Of a stretch of 64,000 nt of DNA, positions 1-10,520 are shown in pieces (position 1 is the first letter of the stretch; every line of letters begins with the position of its first letter). The stretch comes from Desulfobulbaceae bacterium (GTDB taxonomy: Bacteria > Desulfobacterota > Desulfobulbia > Desulfobulbales > SURF-16). The stretch is from assembly GCA_020444175.1 (NCBI GenBank), contig JAHLLM010000032.1:186-64185 (forward strand), read 5' to 3'. The notes beneath the pieces are model-generated. The model did no database searches. It had not been told where the DNA came from and saw only the letters and a list, made by a program, of their open reading frames with translations. A program made the translations under genes and the position numbers.

Positions 1-1
1 A

Positions 2-865
2 GTAAATTCATGCCAGGGAAGCTCCTGCTTTGAGCACATCAATACAGACCCTCTGCCTTCACGCCAACGGACAATTGACCTGATTGAACGTTGCCGCGAC
101 ATACTCTTTCCAGGCTACTTCCGCTGCCAGGACATTGACAAGACCAGCCTGAAGTATAAACTCGGCATGGATATTTCCATTTTTTACGATCTGCTTGCCG
201 CGGAAATAACGTACAGTATTCGCCATGAGTGCATGCGGCATGAACAATCATGCCAGCACTGCGAGGGCCAGGGAAAGGAAATTGCCTTTCAGTTCATCGA
301 AAAAATTACCGAACTGCGATCCATATTGGCAACTGATGTTCGGGCGGCCTATGACGGAGACCCGGCTGCCACCAATTACGATGAAATTATCTTCTGCTAC
401 CCAGGCATCTTTGCCATCACAGTCTATCGCATCGCCCACAGGCTCTATGAGCTGGCGGTTCCCGTGCTGCCGCGCATTATGACGGAATACGCCCACGGCA
501 TTACGGGTATTGATATTCATCCCGGAGCAAACATTGGTGAATCCTTTTTTATCGATCACGGTACAGGGGTGGTTATTGGAGAGACCTCCCAGATCGGCAA
601 AAGAGTAAAAATTTATCAGGGTGTCACTCTGGGGGCTTTGTCTTTCAAAAGAACCGAAACAGGGGAGCTTGACCGCAACAGCAAAAGGCACCCCACCCTG
701 GAAGACGATGTAACGGTTTATGCGGGTTCAACTATTCTCGGCGGCGAAACAGTCATCGGCGCCCGCTCCGTTGTTGGCGGCAACGTCTGGCTTACCGAGT
801 CCATTCCACCCGACACCAAGGTTCTGCTCAATCCTCCGGACCTGATATTGAAAAAAAGAGGATGA
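2..865 (+). CDS. cysE: serine O-acetyltransferase (CysE/EpsC type), 5' end outside window
   Basis: GIDIHPGA, FFIDHGTGVVIGET, IYQGVTLG and KRHPT motifs. The frame is open from base 2 (PLPSR...ILFPGYF), so the true start lies upstream of the window. Confidence 0.9.
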   Translation, partial: VNSCQGSSCFEHINTDPLPSRQRTIDLIERCRDILFPGYFRCQDIDKTSLKYKLGMDISIFYDLLAAEITYSIRHECMRHEQSCQHCEGQGKEIAFQFIEKITELRSILATDVRAAYDGDPAATNYDEIIFCYPGIFAITVYRIAHRLYELAVPVLPRIMTEYAHGITGIDIHPGANIGESFFIDHGTGVVIGETSQIGKRVKIYQGVTLGALSFKRTETGELDRNSKRHPTLEDDVTVYAGSTILGGETVIGARSVVGGNVWLTESIPPDTKVLLNPPDLILKKRG

Positions 866-869
866 ATTA

Positions 870-972
870 TGATGGTCTCGCAAAAAGCTCTCAAGCTGAC
901 CATCCGCCAACGCAATATCAACAAGTTACATACTTGTCGGCGGCGGTTGAGGGGGTTTTTACGAAACCGTCA
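870..972 (+). mobile_element. MITE family A, copy 1 (103 bp)
   Basis: Imperfect terminal inverted repeats TGATGGTCTCGCAAAAA / TTTTTACGAAACCGTCA; 4-bp flanking duplication ATTA; similar to five other copies in the window. Confidence 0.8.
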
Positions 973-1204
973 ATTATAAAGTCAGGATTTACAGAAAGTA
1001 AAGGAGTTAGAGAAGTTAGAGAAGTTAGAAAATTTCAGGATGGAATCAGTCTACTCTTCATTTTCAACGCAAAAACAACTGGAAATTATTCTTTTTATAT
1101 ATTATGAATACAGAATTTTGCTGTTATTGGTGCCTCCCCGGCACCCCGAATTCTGATATTCTTATCCCTTTCTAACTAACCTATAAACACGTTAAGGAGA
1201 AGTC

Positions 1205-4200
1205 ATGTCCAGAAAAATGGTCACCATTGATGGTAATCAGGCCTGCACCCACGTAGCCTATGCCACCAGCGAAATCATTACAATTTATCCCATCACCCCT
1301 TCTTCACCGATGGCAGCTGAGGCCGATGCCAAGGCAACAGCCGGCCAGAAAAACATCTGGGGCAGCGTCCCTGTTGTCACCCAGATGCAATCTGAAGGCG
1401 GTGTGGCAGGTTCTCTGCACGGTTCTTTAACCACAGGCGCTCTCTGTACAACTTTTACCGCTTCACAGGGACTTCTTCTGATGCTCCCCAACATGTACAA
1501 ACTTGCCGGTGAATTGACTCCGACAGTTTTTCATGTTACCGCGCGCTCACTTGCCTGCCAGGGTTTGTCCATTTTCGGTGACCACGGCGACGTTATGGCC
1601 GCCCGCCAGACCGGCTGGGGCATGCTCTGTTCTCAGAACGTTCAAGAATGCCAGGACATGGCACTCATTTCGACCCAGGCAGCACTGAAATCCCGTGTTC
1701 CGTTCATGCATTTCTTTGACGGCTTCCGTACCTCCCATGAGATCCAGAAAGTAGAGCAGCTTACAAACGACGACATGCACGCCATACTTGATGAGGATCT
1801 GGTCATTGATCACCGTTTACGCGGCCTGACTCCGGACCGCCCAAGAATGCGCGGTACCGCCCAGAACCCTGATGTTTATTTCACCGGTCGCGAGACAGTA
1901 AACAAATACTACAACGCAATTCCGGGCATCATCCAGGAAACCATGGACAAATTTGCCGCCCTTACCGGTCGTCAATACAACCTGTTCGATTACCACGGAG
2001 CCCCGGATGCAGAGGAAGTTGTCGTCATGATGGGTTCCGGTGCCGAGACTGTTGCCGCAACCGTTGACTACCTTGCTTCCCAGGGAAGAAAAGTCGGTCT
2101 TGTTATCGTTCGTCTCTTCCGCCCCTTTGACATGAAAGCAATGGTAAATGCCCTGCCTGCAACGGTCAACAGAATCACAGTTCTTGACCGCACCAAAGAG
2201 CCCGGAAGCGCCGGCGAGCCTCTGTACCTCGATGTCCGCGCCGCCGTTGGTGAAGCAGTTGAAACAAATACTTCAGCCTACATGCCCATTATCCTTTCCG
2301 GCCGTTACGGCCTCGGTTCTGCCGAGTTTACTCCGGCAATGGTCAAAGCTGTGTTTGACAACATGGCAGCCATGGCGCCGAAAAATCACTTCTGCGTCGG
2401 CCCCAACGATGACGTTACCTTCACCAGCCTGAACTATGACAAGAACTTCAACATCGAAGGTGATGATGTTTACCGCGCCATGTTCTACGGCCTCGGTTCC
2501 GACGGTACGGTTGGTGCCAACAAAAACACCATTAAAATCATTGGTGGAGAAACAGACAACAGCGCTCAGGGTTACTTTGTTTATGACTCCAAGAAATCAG
2601 GTTCCCTCACCGTCAGCCATCTGCGTTTCGGCGAGAACCAGGTTGTGGCCCCTTACCTTATCAACAAAGCAAGCTTCATTGCCTGCCACAACTTCACATT
2701 TCTCGATAAATACGACATGCTGTCCAACCTGGAGGAAGGCGGAACATTCCTGCTGACCACCTCGTACTCTGACAAACAGGTCTGGAAACAGCTGCCGGGA
2801 AGTGTTCAGAAACAGATCATCAACAAAAAAGCCAACTTCTACATTATTGATGCCATCAAACTTGCCGAAGCCATCGGTCTTGGCGGTCGCATCAATATGA
2901 TCATGCAGACTGCCTTCTTCCTTATCTCCGGTATTCTGACAGAGAAAGAGGCAATCAAAGCCATTAAGGACGCCATTAAGAAAACTTTCGGCAAAAAAGG
3001 CGACAAAGTCGTTAACATGAACTATGACGCTGTTGACGTTGCCGTAAAAAATATCGTTAAAGTGAAAGTACCAAAGAGCACTTCCGGCCACGAAATGCCT
3101 CCAACCGTTCCAGAGGATGCTCCTGATTTCGTTAAAAACGTCACTGCCAAAATGATTCAGGGCAAAGGCGAAGATATCAAGGTATCCGAGATGCCGGACG
3201 ACGGTACATGGCCCACAGCGACTACTCAGTACGAGAAACGCAACATCGCAGTCCATGTTCCCAACTGGATTCCTGAAAACTGCATCCAGTGCGGTCAGTG
3301 TTCCCTGATTTGTCCCCATGCTGCAATCCGCATGAAAGTTGTCAAAGCCGCTGATATGAAAAAAGCTCCCAAGGCTCTGAAATCAGTTGCTGCAGTGGGC
3401 AAACAGTTCAAAGGACGCAAGACCATAATTCAGGTTTTCACTGAAGACTGCTGTGGTTGTACCCTCTGTGCCAAAGTATGTCCTGCCAAGAAAAAAGCCC
3501 TTGAGATGGTTACCAACGACGAGACAATCCGCAAAACCGAGGCAGCAAATGTCAAATACTTCCTTGATCTGCCTGAAATGCCATACTCTGAAATCAACCC
3601 TTCCACCATTAAGGGAAGCCAGTTGATGCGTCCGCTGTTCGAGTTCTCCGGTGCCTGTGCAGGCTGCGGTGAAACACCGTATATCAAACTGGTTACCCAG
3701 ATGTTCGGAGATCGTATGTTTGTGGCCAATGCCACCGGCTGTTCCTCCATTTATGGCGGCAACCTGCCGACTACGCCGTACAGTAAACGTGCAGACGGTC
3801 GTGGACCAACCTGGTCAAACTCTCTGTTTGAAGATAATGCGGAATTTGGTCTCGGCATGCGTCAGACGGTGAACAAACTCTCCCTGCAGGCTGCAGAACT
3901 CCTTGATGAAGCTGTGAAGGCAAAACTGATCACCAAGAAGATGGCCACCGAGCTGCTGAAAGCATCCCAGAAAACCCAGGATGAAATCGAAGCACAGCGT
4001 GATCGTGTTGCCAAGCTGAAAGAAAAACTGGAAGAGGCAGGCAACAATGCCGTTGCGAAACGGCTCTACTACGTTGCCGACTATCTGGTGAAAAAATCAG
4101 TATGGATCTTTGGTGGCGACGGCTGGGCCTATGACATCGGCTACGGCGGACTTGACCATGTTCTTGCTTCCGGAGAGAACGTCAACGTCATGATCCTTGA

Positions 4201-4750
4201 CACCGAGGTTTACTCAAATACCGGCGGCCAGATGTCAAAATCAACACCCCGTGCGGCCACTGCGCAGTTTGCTGCCGGTGGAAAGAAAATGCCGAAAAAA
4301 GACATTGGTATGATTTTCTCCACCTATGGCAATGTTTATGTAGCCAAGGTATCCATGGGTGCCAATCCGGGACAGGTTGCCAAAGCGATTGCCGAGGCAG
4401 AGGCCTATGACGGGCCATCACTCATCATTGCCTACGCACACTGCATTAACCATGGCATCAACCTGGCTAATGGTGTTGAACAACAGAAAAAAGCGGTTGC
4501 CTCCGGTCACTGGCCGCTGTATCGCTACAATCCTGAACTCGAAGCAGAGGGCAAGAATCCTCTGCACATCGACAGCAAGGCTCCGTCCATTCCGTTTGCT
4601 GAATACGCTCTGGCTGAGAACCGTTACCGGATGCTGAAACTGACCAATCCGGCAATGGCTGACGAGCTTATGGAAATGTCCCAGAAGGATGTTATGAAAT
4701 CCTGGAAGTTCCTGGAAGGCCGGGCCAAAGCTCTTGAGCCGGAAAAATAA
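1205..4750 (+). CDS. nifJ: pyruvate:ferredoxin (flavodoxin) oxidoreductase, homodimeric type
   Basis: YPITPSS, GSDGTVGANK, two ferredoxin-type Cys clusters (CIQCGQC..CP, CCGCTLC..CP), GACAGCGE and GGDGWAYDIG TPP-binding motif; RBS AAGGAG. Confidence 0.97.
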   Translation: MSRKMVTIDGNQACTHVAYATSEIITIYPITPSSPMAAEADAKATAGQKNIWGSVPVVTQMQSEGGVAGSLHGSLTTGALCTTFTASQGLLLMLPNMYKLAGELTPTVFHVTARSLACQGLSIFGDHGDVMAARQTGWGMLCSQNVQECQDMALISTQAALKSRVPFMHFFDGFRTSHEIQKVEQLTNDDMHAILDEDLVIDHRLRGLTPDRPRMRGTAQNPDVYFTGRETVNKYYNAIPGIIQETMDKFAALTGRQYNLFDYHGAPDAEEVVVMMGSGAETVAATVDYLASQGRKVGLVIVRLFRPFDMKAMVNALPATVNRITVLDRTKEPGSAGEPLYLDVRAAVGEAVETNTSAYMPIILSGRYGLGSAEFTPAMVKAVFDNMAAMAPKNHFCVGPNDDVTFTSLNYDKNFNIEGDDVYRAMFYGLGSDGTVGANKNTIKIIGGETDNSAQGYFVYDSKKSGSLTVSHLRFGENQVVAPYLINKASFIACHNFTFLDKYDMLSNLEEGGTFLLTTSYSDKQVWKQLPGSVQKQIINKKANFYIIDAIKLAEAIGLGGRINMIMQTAFFLISGILTEKEAIKAIKDAIKKTFGKKGDKVVNMNYDAVDVAVKNIVKVKVPKSTSGHEMPPTVPEDAPDFVKNVTAKMIQGKGEDIKVSEMPDDGTWPTATTQYEKRNIAVHVPNWIPENCIQCGQCSLICPHAAIRMKVVKAADMKKAPKALKSVAAVGKQFKGRKTIIQVFTEDCCGCTLCAKVCPAKKKALEMVTNDETIRKTEAANVKYFLDLPEMPYSEINPSTIKGSQLMRPLFEFSGACAGCGETPYIKLVTQMFGDRMFVANATGCSSIYGGNLPTTPYSKRADGRGPTWSNSLFEDNAEFGLGMRQTVNKLSLQAAELLDEAVKAKLITKKMATELLKASQKTQDEIEAQRDRVAKLKEKLEEAGNNAVAKRLYYVADYLVKKSVWIFGGDGWAYDIGYGGLDHVLASGENVNVMILDTEVYSNTGGQMSKSTPRAATAQFAAGGKKMPKKDIGMIFSTYGNVYVAKVSMGANPGQVAKAIAEAEAYDGPSLIIAYAHCINHGINLANGVEQQKKAVASGHWPLYRYNPELEAEGKNPLHIDSKAPSIPFAEYALAENRYRMLKLTNPAMADELMEMSQKDVMKSWKFLEGRAKALEPEK

Positions 4751-4784
4751 AATGAGCTTGTCGTTCTAAAGCTTGTTTTGCAAT

Positions 4785-4817
4785 AAAAAAGCCGCTGGGT
4801 TCTCCAGCGGCTTTTTT
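4785..4817 (+). terminator. intrinsic terminator after nifJ
   Basis: AAAAAAGCCGCTGG-gttct-CCAGCGGCTTTTTT hairpin with U-tract. Confidence 0.85.
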
Positions 4818-4853
4818 ATTTTTGACTACCACTCATCTTCAGCCTTTTTAGAC

Positions 4854-4925
4854 GTCATTCCCGCGAAAGCGGGAATCTAGGCGGACGAGCCAACTACTCT
4901 GGATTCCCGCTTTCGCGGGAATGAC
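4854..4925. repeat. paired palindromic REP-like element (ATTCCC-N8-GGGAAT type)
   Basis: GTCATTCCCGCGAAAGCGGGAATC ... GATTCCCGCTTTCGCGGGAATGAC, two inverted copies. Confidence 0.8.
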
Positions 4926-5107
4926 TTTTGTGTAGACAGTATTTTTTGAATTATTAATGCATTACAGTACCTGCTGCAAGACTGGCTGAGTTTCAGTGGT
5001 AATCACATTTTTATTTGTCTTGCAAAAGTATGAAGCACCCCAACTTCGGAGTCTTGGGGTGGGGCGTGGTAAAAAAAACTCCTGTTACGTTATATTTTCT
5101 TTAATTT

Positions 5108-5210
5108 TGACGGTTTCGTAAAAACCCTCTCAACCGCCGCCGGAACGTGTGTAACTTGTTGATATTGCGCCGGCGGATGGTCAGTTACAGGACTTTTTGC
5201 GAGATTGTCA
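5108..5210 (-). mobile_element. MITE family A, copy 2 (103 bp)
   Basis: TGACGGTTTCGTAAAAA...TTTTTGCGAGATTGTCA; 4-bp duplication ATTT. Confidence 0.8.
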
Positions 5211-5230
5211 ATTTTCGCTCCCCGCCATTC

Positions 5231-5569
5231 TCACATTCCCGAAAAATTTGCCCGGATTGTTTCTCCTTCCAGGTTCAAAATCACATACAGAGTCTGTTTC
5301 TCCGTATCCTTTTCTTGCGGATTATGAAAGGCAACTTTCCAGTCACCATTATACTTATCCCGCATCCTCTTTTCGGCTTTTTCAGGTTTTACATCAGCCC
5401 AGGATGCATCGAGCTTGCCCTGTCGCACGAGTAAAGCAACGGTTTGGGAAGCGTTGGTGCGAAAAACTATCTCAGGGATCACCTCTTCACCGCCGCCGCC
5501 TCCTCCGGCATAGGACAGGACAGGCGAGACAGACAATAACATAATCAGCAAAACGATCATTCTGCGCAT
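5231..5569 (-). CDS. small exported protein, DUF6488-like
   Basis: Signal peptide; GKLDASW...W.V.F.N...QTLYV.L...G....ANFSG pattern recalled as DUF6488; last gene of the minus-strand cytochrome run. Confidence 0.6.
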   Translation of the reverse strand: MRRMIVLLIMLLSVSPVLSYAGGGGGGEEVIPEIVFRTNASQTVALLVRQGKLDASWADVKPEKAEKRMRDKYNGDWKVAFHNPQEKDTEKQTLYVILNLEGETIRANFSGM

Positions 5570-5600
5570 ACTCTTTTCCTTTTTTGATTTAAATGTGGAG

Positions 5601-7796
5601 TTAGGGTGCTTGGTCTCTCACTTCTTCTGTTACAATATCACTGGAATCGATTTCATCATCCCCTCCTGCAGACTCATCTACCTCCAACATTGTCAGTTTC
5701 AAATCCGCCTTGAAAACTTCAGGGGAGTCATCCTGTCCTTGCTCAGGGGATATTGAAAAATAAAAAACATATGTCCCCAACTCAAGCTCACTGGTGTCTC
5801 CATAGAAAATCGGTGATTCATCAAGATGAAAAAGTTTCCCATGGTACACCTGCGCTTCTTTTTCTTTTTCCCATTCGCCCTGCGGGGTAAGCCACCTTGC
5901 TATTCCGTCAGGAGCCACATACCATATCCTGAAAGTGGATGGTACTGGTCCGGTGACGTTCTCGATGGTCGCAGACAATGTGATCTTTTCACCCTGCCGG
6001 AGGACAATTTCACCTGTCTTTCCGTTCCCCAACAGAGAGGGCTGAGGCCGAACAGGCCCCGGGGCGTCCGGCTTCCTGACAGCCCAGACATGAAGCTCAA
6101 ATGATTCAGGATAATTTCGGGGCGTTCCCTGGCGAAAATTGTATGCCCAGGCATGATAAAGATTGAAAGTGTTCTCAACAGCTGTCCAATAGTCTCGGGG
6201 TATCAAATTCACAGCACCCTGACTGTTGAGCCATGCAGCCGGTTCGCCGTCTGCGGCTGCCATCAGATCTGCCAGCATGGACATCTCAGGAAGCTGCCAA
6301 TTTTCATAGCCGGCTGAATACTCCTCACACTTCAATTTCTCCGGAATGGTATTCAGCCACTCAATAACCTTGCCGGCATGCTTTTTCTTCTCCGGCTTAA
6401 AACAATTGCCGTCTTTAAGCCACATGAGTCCGGTAATATTATCCGTAAGCGTACCGTCACCGTTATCTGTAAAACGCTTGACCGGCCACTTCACTGCCAT
6501 GGCTGGCCCCAGGGTCTGGAGAAGATAGTAATCCGCCATTCTTGAAAGCGAGGTATCCACATCCTGCACTCTGGGTCGCTTGGTTCTTCCATCAGCATAT
6601 CGCACCGCCCAGACAGAACGTTTACTCATTTTATCAACGGCACTCAATTCACCTGACCCGAGAAAAACAGCATAGGCCGAGGAAGTCTGACTGGCAGCGG
6701 TTGTCGATGTCCAGTATCGGGGCTGCAGACCTATAAAAGGATTATCCGGTAGAGCGGGAAGGTCATTCCTGTGGTCAATAATGCTTCGCAATTCATTCCT
6801 GTTCGGCAAGGCCCAATCGGAAAAATTGACTGAAAGCTCCCGGCATTGAATTGTGTCCGCCCTCTTGTTAAAAAGGACAACTTCGCTCAAGGCTTCCTGC
6901 CAGGTACTCCTTCTTCCGAGGCAACCGGCATCTTTAAGCCACATGAGTCCGGTCCTGACATCAGTAACCGTACCATTGCCGTTATCAATAAAACGGGGTG
7001 TGTTATCCCGAGGAGCCGGAGTCGGTTCAAGGGTCTCATTCGGAGTTGTTGCCTCCCCTCTGCCGACAAGATCGGTTAATTTTTGCAGAATGCCGGAACC
7101 ATCCTTATCGTCCTGCACATCAACAGCATGGCCTCCTGCTTCTGCACTGTCATTTTTTTGCTGCTTTCGCACCAGAAGACAATAACGGAGTTCAACCCTG
7201 CTCACAGCTTCAACTCCTCCGGTATCAAAACGAAAGACCCATGAAGTATAGGGGTTGGGGGCAGTCGTTCGCGACCAGTAACCTGACGCCTGAATATTTC
7301 TGAAACGATGCCGGTTCAGCCAGTGGTCAGCAGAGGCTTCTTCTGCGTTAAACAAGGACTCAAGCTCTGTAATTTCCGGAACGGTCCAATCATCATAGAG
7401 AGAAACACCAGGGCAGGATTCACTCGTCATCTCAGTTGATTTTTCCGCAGTTTCCAAGGCACCATGCCAACTTAACCGCCCGAGACAGTTGCCGTTCTGA
7501 AGCCACATAAGTCCGGTGAGATTATCTGAAACAGTACCGTCCCCGTTATCCTTAAAGCGTGGCTCCGGCCAGACAACTCCGGCCTGCAGATCGCCATCCT
7601 GACCTGTTGCCGTATGCTCAACAACTTCTCCCTGCTGATCAAAACAGGAAAGCTGGCCGGTACGTGGAAGTTCGGCAAGGACATTTCCCACGCCAGAGAC
7701 AGTCATCAGGATGAAGCTGATTATGAAGGCCTTCAGAAGGCCGGGACAAAGACGTATCATTTTCAAGGCTATATACGCGTTTTGGCACCCGCGCAC
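5601..7796 (-). CDS. exported protein with three DUF1566 (Lcl C-terminal-like) repeats
   Basis: Three RF.DNG.GT..D..TGLMWL repeats, each followed by W..P...L and YW[ST] motifs; N-terminal hydrophobic segment; exact start uncertain. Confidence 0.8.
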   Translation of the reverse strand: MRGCQNAYIALKMIRLCPGLLKAFIISFILMTVSGVGNVLAELPRTGQLSCFDQQGEVVEHTATGQDGDLQAGVVWPEPRFKDNGDGTVSDNLTGLMWLQNGNCLGRLSWHGALETAEKSTEMTSESCPGVSLYDDWTVPEITELESLFNAEEASADHWLNRHRFRNIQASGYWSRTTAPNPYTSWVFRFDTGGVEAVSRVELRYCLLVRKQQKNDSAEAGGHAVDVQDDKDGSGILQKLTDLVGRGEATTPNETLEPTPAPRDNTPRFIDNGNGTVTDVRTGLMWLKDAGCLGRRSTWQEALSEVVLFNKRADTIQCRELSVNFSDWALPNRNELRSIIDHRNDLPALPDNPFIGLQPRYWTSTTAASQTSSAYAVFLGSGELSAVDKMSKRSVWAVRYADGRTKRPRVQDVDTSLSRMADYYLLQTLGPAMAVKWPVKRFTDNGDGTLTDNITGLMWLKDGNCFKPEKKKHAGKVIEWLNTIPEKLKCEEYSAGYENWQLPEMSMLADLMAAADGEPAAWLNSQGAVNLIPRDYWTAVENTFNLYHAWAYNFRQGTPRNYPESFELHVWAVRKPDAPGPVRPQPSLLGNGKTGEIVLRQGEKITLSATIENVTGPVPSTFRIWYVAPDGIARWLTPQGEWEKEKEAQVYHGKLFHLDESPIFYGDTSELELGTYVFYFSISPEQGQDDSPEVFKADLKLTMLEVDESAGGDDEIDSSDIVTEEVRDQAP

Positions 7797-7845
7797 TCTG
7801 CGGGGATCAATACATTCCTCTTCATGGTTACAAACACAAAAAAAC

Positions 7846-8268
7846 TCATCTCAATTTTCCATGACAGGCAAAACATAATTTCAACCCAGGGGAGCGACGA
7901 AGATAAGAGGGATACAGATCAACCGCTTTACCCGCTCCATCGTGAAATTTGTGACAGGTCATGCAACCCATTCTTTTCTCAGCATCCAGCGGCATATCGT
8001 CCGGAACTTCCAGGCTCGGAACAATACCAATGGGATGGCTGAAATAACTTGATTCTCCCCCGGTTTTGCAGGGATAGGCGTCATGGCACCTTAAACATAT
8101 ATCCGACACATCGTCATGCAAGGTAAGAGGTCGATTTTCCAGGGGCAATGCAATATGACAGTCAAGGCATCTCACTGCACTGTTGTCATGAACAGACCCT
8201 GCAAAAAGAAGCCCCGGCCAGCAAAACACCGCAAGCATCCCGAAAAGAAATCCCCACCGCATCCTCAT
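7846..8268 (-). CDS. tetraheme c-type cytochrome
   Basis: Signal peptide; CLDCH, CLRCH, CMTCH, CFACH. Confidence 0.9.
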   Translation of the reverse strand: MRMRWGFLFGMLAVFCWPGLLFAGSVHDNSAVRCLDCHIALPLENRPLTLHDDVSDICLRCHDAYPCKTGGESSYFSHPIGIVPSLEVPDDMPLDAEKRMGCMTCHKFHDGAGKAVDLYPSYLRRSPGLKLCFACHGKLR

Positions 8269-8825
8269 AGCTTCAGTGCCTTCATCTCGTACTTCAATGC
8301 GGCAAGATAAGATTTGAGCGGTCCCAGTTCAACATCTTTTCCAGACTCCATAGCCTGGCACCTTTCGCGCATTTTTTCCGCAGAATCATGTAGTTTTTGA
8401 AGTCTTGATCGCATACTGCCGACCATGGCATCCACTTCATTTGAGAAATCCTGAAACTCATCATTTTCTCTGAGTTTCACCTTGCTCTGCAAATCTCCGT
8501 CGCCAATATTGCCTATTGCTCCGGCCATTTTTTTAAGCGGACCATCAATGCGGGCGAAAATCATTTTTGCTGTGAGAGCAAAAAGCAGGATAACCAGAAA
8601 AGCAGTAATAAGGGACGTTATAAGCATTTCCTCCCGGAGCAGTGAACCAACAGGGACATCGGGCAACCGCATGGAGTAAAGTGTGGCAGCAAGTTTTTTG
8701 CGGGCAAGATATCTGAAACAAAAAACAGAAACAACGCCGCCAGCCATTGAAGCCAAGGCAAAGCCGGCCATAAAACGCCCCTGTGCACCCTTGTCGATAA
8801 AATAATTTCTGCGTTTAAAAGACAT
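8265..8825 (-). CDS. two-TM HAMP-domain membrane protein
   Basis: KRRNYFIDK N-terminus, two hydrophobic helices, HAMP-like GPL...IGDGDL...LRENDEF, short coiled coil; overlaps the next gene by 4 nt. Confidence 0.75.
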   Translation of the reverse strand: MSFKRRNYFIDKGAQGRFMAGFALASMAGGVVSVFCFRYLARKKLAATLYSMRLPDVPVGSLLREEMLITSLITAFLVILLFALTAKMIFARIDGPLKKMAGAIGNIGDGDLQSKVKLRENDEFQDFSNEVDAMVGSMRSRLQKLHDSAEKMRERCQAMESGKDVELGPLKSYLAALKYEMKALKL

Positions 8826-8894
8826 AATGAATTCTTGTTTTAAATTTAGTCTGTTGAGCCCTAAGTCCTCAGCACTCAGCCCTAAGCTCTTTTT

Positions 8895-9722
8895 TTATTG
8901 ATCCAACATATGGCAGGCAAAACACAGGGCACTGTGTTGGTTGGCCATGACAAGATCGTTATCAAGGTGCGAATAGGGATCATGACATGATCCACAACCG
9001 ATTTTGCCCTCAAAAAACTGAATACGCTGATCAACCTGTTCCACTGGGCGCAAATCAGTCTTTCTGCCGTAACGAAGCCGAGCCTGTTCATAATCTATGC
9101 CAATTGGGTGCTTTCGCCCCATGCCATCGCCGATATAATCACTGCTGTGCTGCCATACTCCGGTACTGATAGAAACAGAAGATGCATAGGAGCCATCATG
9201 GCATGAAATACAATTTTTCGAAGTTTCGTCTATTTCCTGACCATAACTGGAAGAAATATATTCCGATTGGAAATGCGCCTCACCCAAGGCAAATTCATGC
9301 CCCATGGTGCCAGACAAACCGCTTTGACTGTGACAGATCAAACAGAACTCCCGACCACGCAACTGCCGCCGCAGAAAATAGGTTTTTTCTGACAGAGGAT
9401 CCATATTGCCAGCATGGACGTCATGGCATGTGGTGCAGACAATCAGGCCGTTTGGGGAAAGAGGCATATCCATGGGAATCACCACCTTGTCCGGACGAAC
9501 ATCATAGGGGTGCATAAATCCTGATTCCAGAATAGCGGCATGACAGTTATTACAGGCAAGTGTAGGACTTGATTGTCCGAGGGAAAGAGTAGATGACGGA
9601 TCTCCCTGATGGCAGATGACACACTGATTTTCATTGAAATCATGGGGATTCTTCTCCAGGCAAAAAACTATCAGCCACAGGAAGGCGACAAATAAAAGAG
9701 AAAAGAAGAATATTTTTTTCAT
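8895..9722 (-). CDS. heptaheme c-type cytochrome
   Basis: N-terminal hydrophobic helix; CVICH, CNNCH, CTTCH, CLICH, CISCH, CGSCH, CFACH. Confidence 0.92.
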   Translation of the reverse strand: MKKIFFFSLLFVAFLWLIVFCLEKNPHDFNENQCVICHQGDPSSTLSLGQSSPTLACNNCHAAILESGFMHPYDVRPDKVVIPMDMPLSPNGLIVCTTCHDVHAGNMDPLSEKTYFLRRQLRGREFCLICHSQSGLSGTMGHEFALGEAHFQSEYISSSYGQEIDETSKNCISCHDGSYASSVSISTGVWQHSSDYIGDGMGRKHPIGIDYEQARLRYGRKTDLRPVEQVDQRIQFFEGKIGCGSCHDPYSHLDNDLVMANQHSALCFACHMLDQ

Positions 9723-9756
9723 GTTAAAATCGAGTTGTCTATCTTAAAAATTATGT

Positions 9757-9931
9757 ATCTATTCAGCGAGGGCTCGAAATGGGCCTCTACTCCAGGCCGT
9801 AACTATTCAGATGTGCCTTAGATTTGGACAAGCAGGCCTGCGAGGCAGGTAAGCGAGCTTGCGAGACTCCGATAGCCCGTCTATGTGAGCAGGCCTGATC
9901 GTTCAAAGATGAGGTGCAGCTGAATAGTTAC
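9757..9931 (+). mobile_element. MITE family B (GTAACTATTCAG ends)
   Basis: GTAACTATTCAG (9799) ... CTGAATAGTTAC (ends 9931) plus a 5' extension; near-identical inverted copy at 53905-54055. Confidence 0.75.
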
Positions 9932-9935
9932 GAAA

Positions 9936-10520
9936 TTATAACTTATACTTCCCGGTCAGAGCGGAAATCATCTCTGCGCCCGCTCCGATTTTTTCTAAAA
10001 TCTCCCGGCGAGGCTGATCATCTTTCTCAAGAAGTGCAATTTGATTTTCAAGCTCCTCAATCTGCTGGTTGATATTTCCCAGACTTTGCCTGAAATTATC
10101 TGCCATGTTGTTCATCTCAAGTGCCAGAGGATGTATGACGTCACTCCGGCGCAGGGTTACATTTGTACTGATATCCCCATTACGGATCTGGCCGGCAAAG
10201 AGACCTAATCGGTAAATAGGCCCGGCGACACGATGGGAGTAGAGCATGGTCATCAGTACAATGCAGCACAGAGCCACCAGAACCGTACTGCCATAAATGA
10301 TCAGGGATTTATAAAAGATTTCCTGATCCAATTGAGCCAACATACGAAATCCCTCGCCATACGTCGGACCAATGGGCTCCTTCATCATCAGATAGAAAAT
10401 GACTGCGGTAGCCATGAGACCAGCAATAATGACAAGTGTGCATTTTATAACCACACTGCGCAGATAGGAACTATCAACAACCTGATTTGCTCTGGTATCA
10501 CTCACAATAGAATCTCCCAC
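9936..10520 (-). CDS. two-TM HAMP-domain membrane protein
   Basis: Two hydrophobic helices, SHRVAGPIYRL...GDI...LRRSDV HAMP-like segment, short coiled coil. Confidence 0.75.
   Translation of the reverse strand: MGDSIVSDTRANQVVDSSYLRSVVIKCTLVIIAGLMATAVIFYLMMKEPIGPTYGEGFRMLAQLDQEIFYKSLIIYGSTVLVALCCIVLMTMLYSHRVAGPIYRLGLFAGQIRNGDISTNVTLRRSDVIHPLALEMNNMADNFRQSLGNINQQIEELENQIALLEKDDQPRREILEKIGAGAEMISALTGKYKL

Noticed and set aside
1000-1030. Short 7-9-nt tandem repeats (GAAGTTAGA here; similar near 8855-8887, 11341-11390, 25870-25950, 45870-45955, 60485-60540) as CRISPR
   Set aside because: No constant 25-45-nt repeat with unique spacers and no cas genes; low-complexity intergenic repeats.
862-1107. 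Small ORFs at 862-1107, 718-924, 5147-5434, 24139-24321, 53635-53955 and 53991-54353
   Set aside because: They overlap MITE sequence or real genes on another frame; no RBS or domain support.
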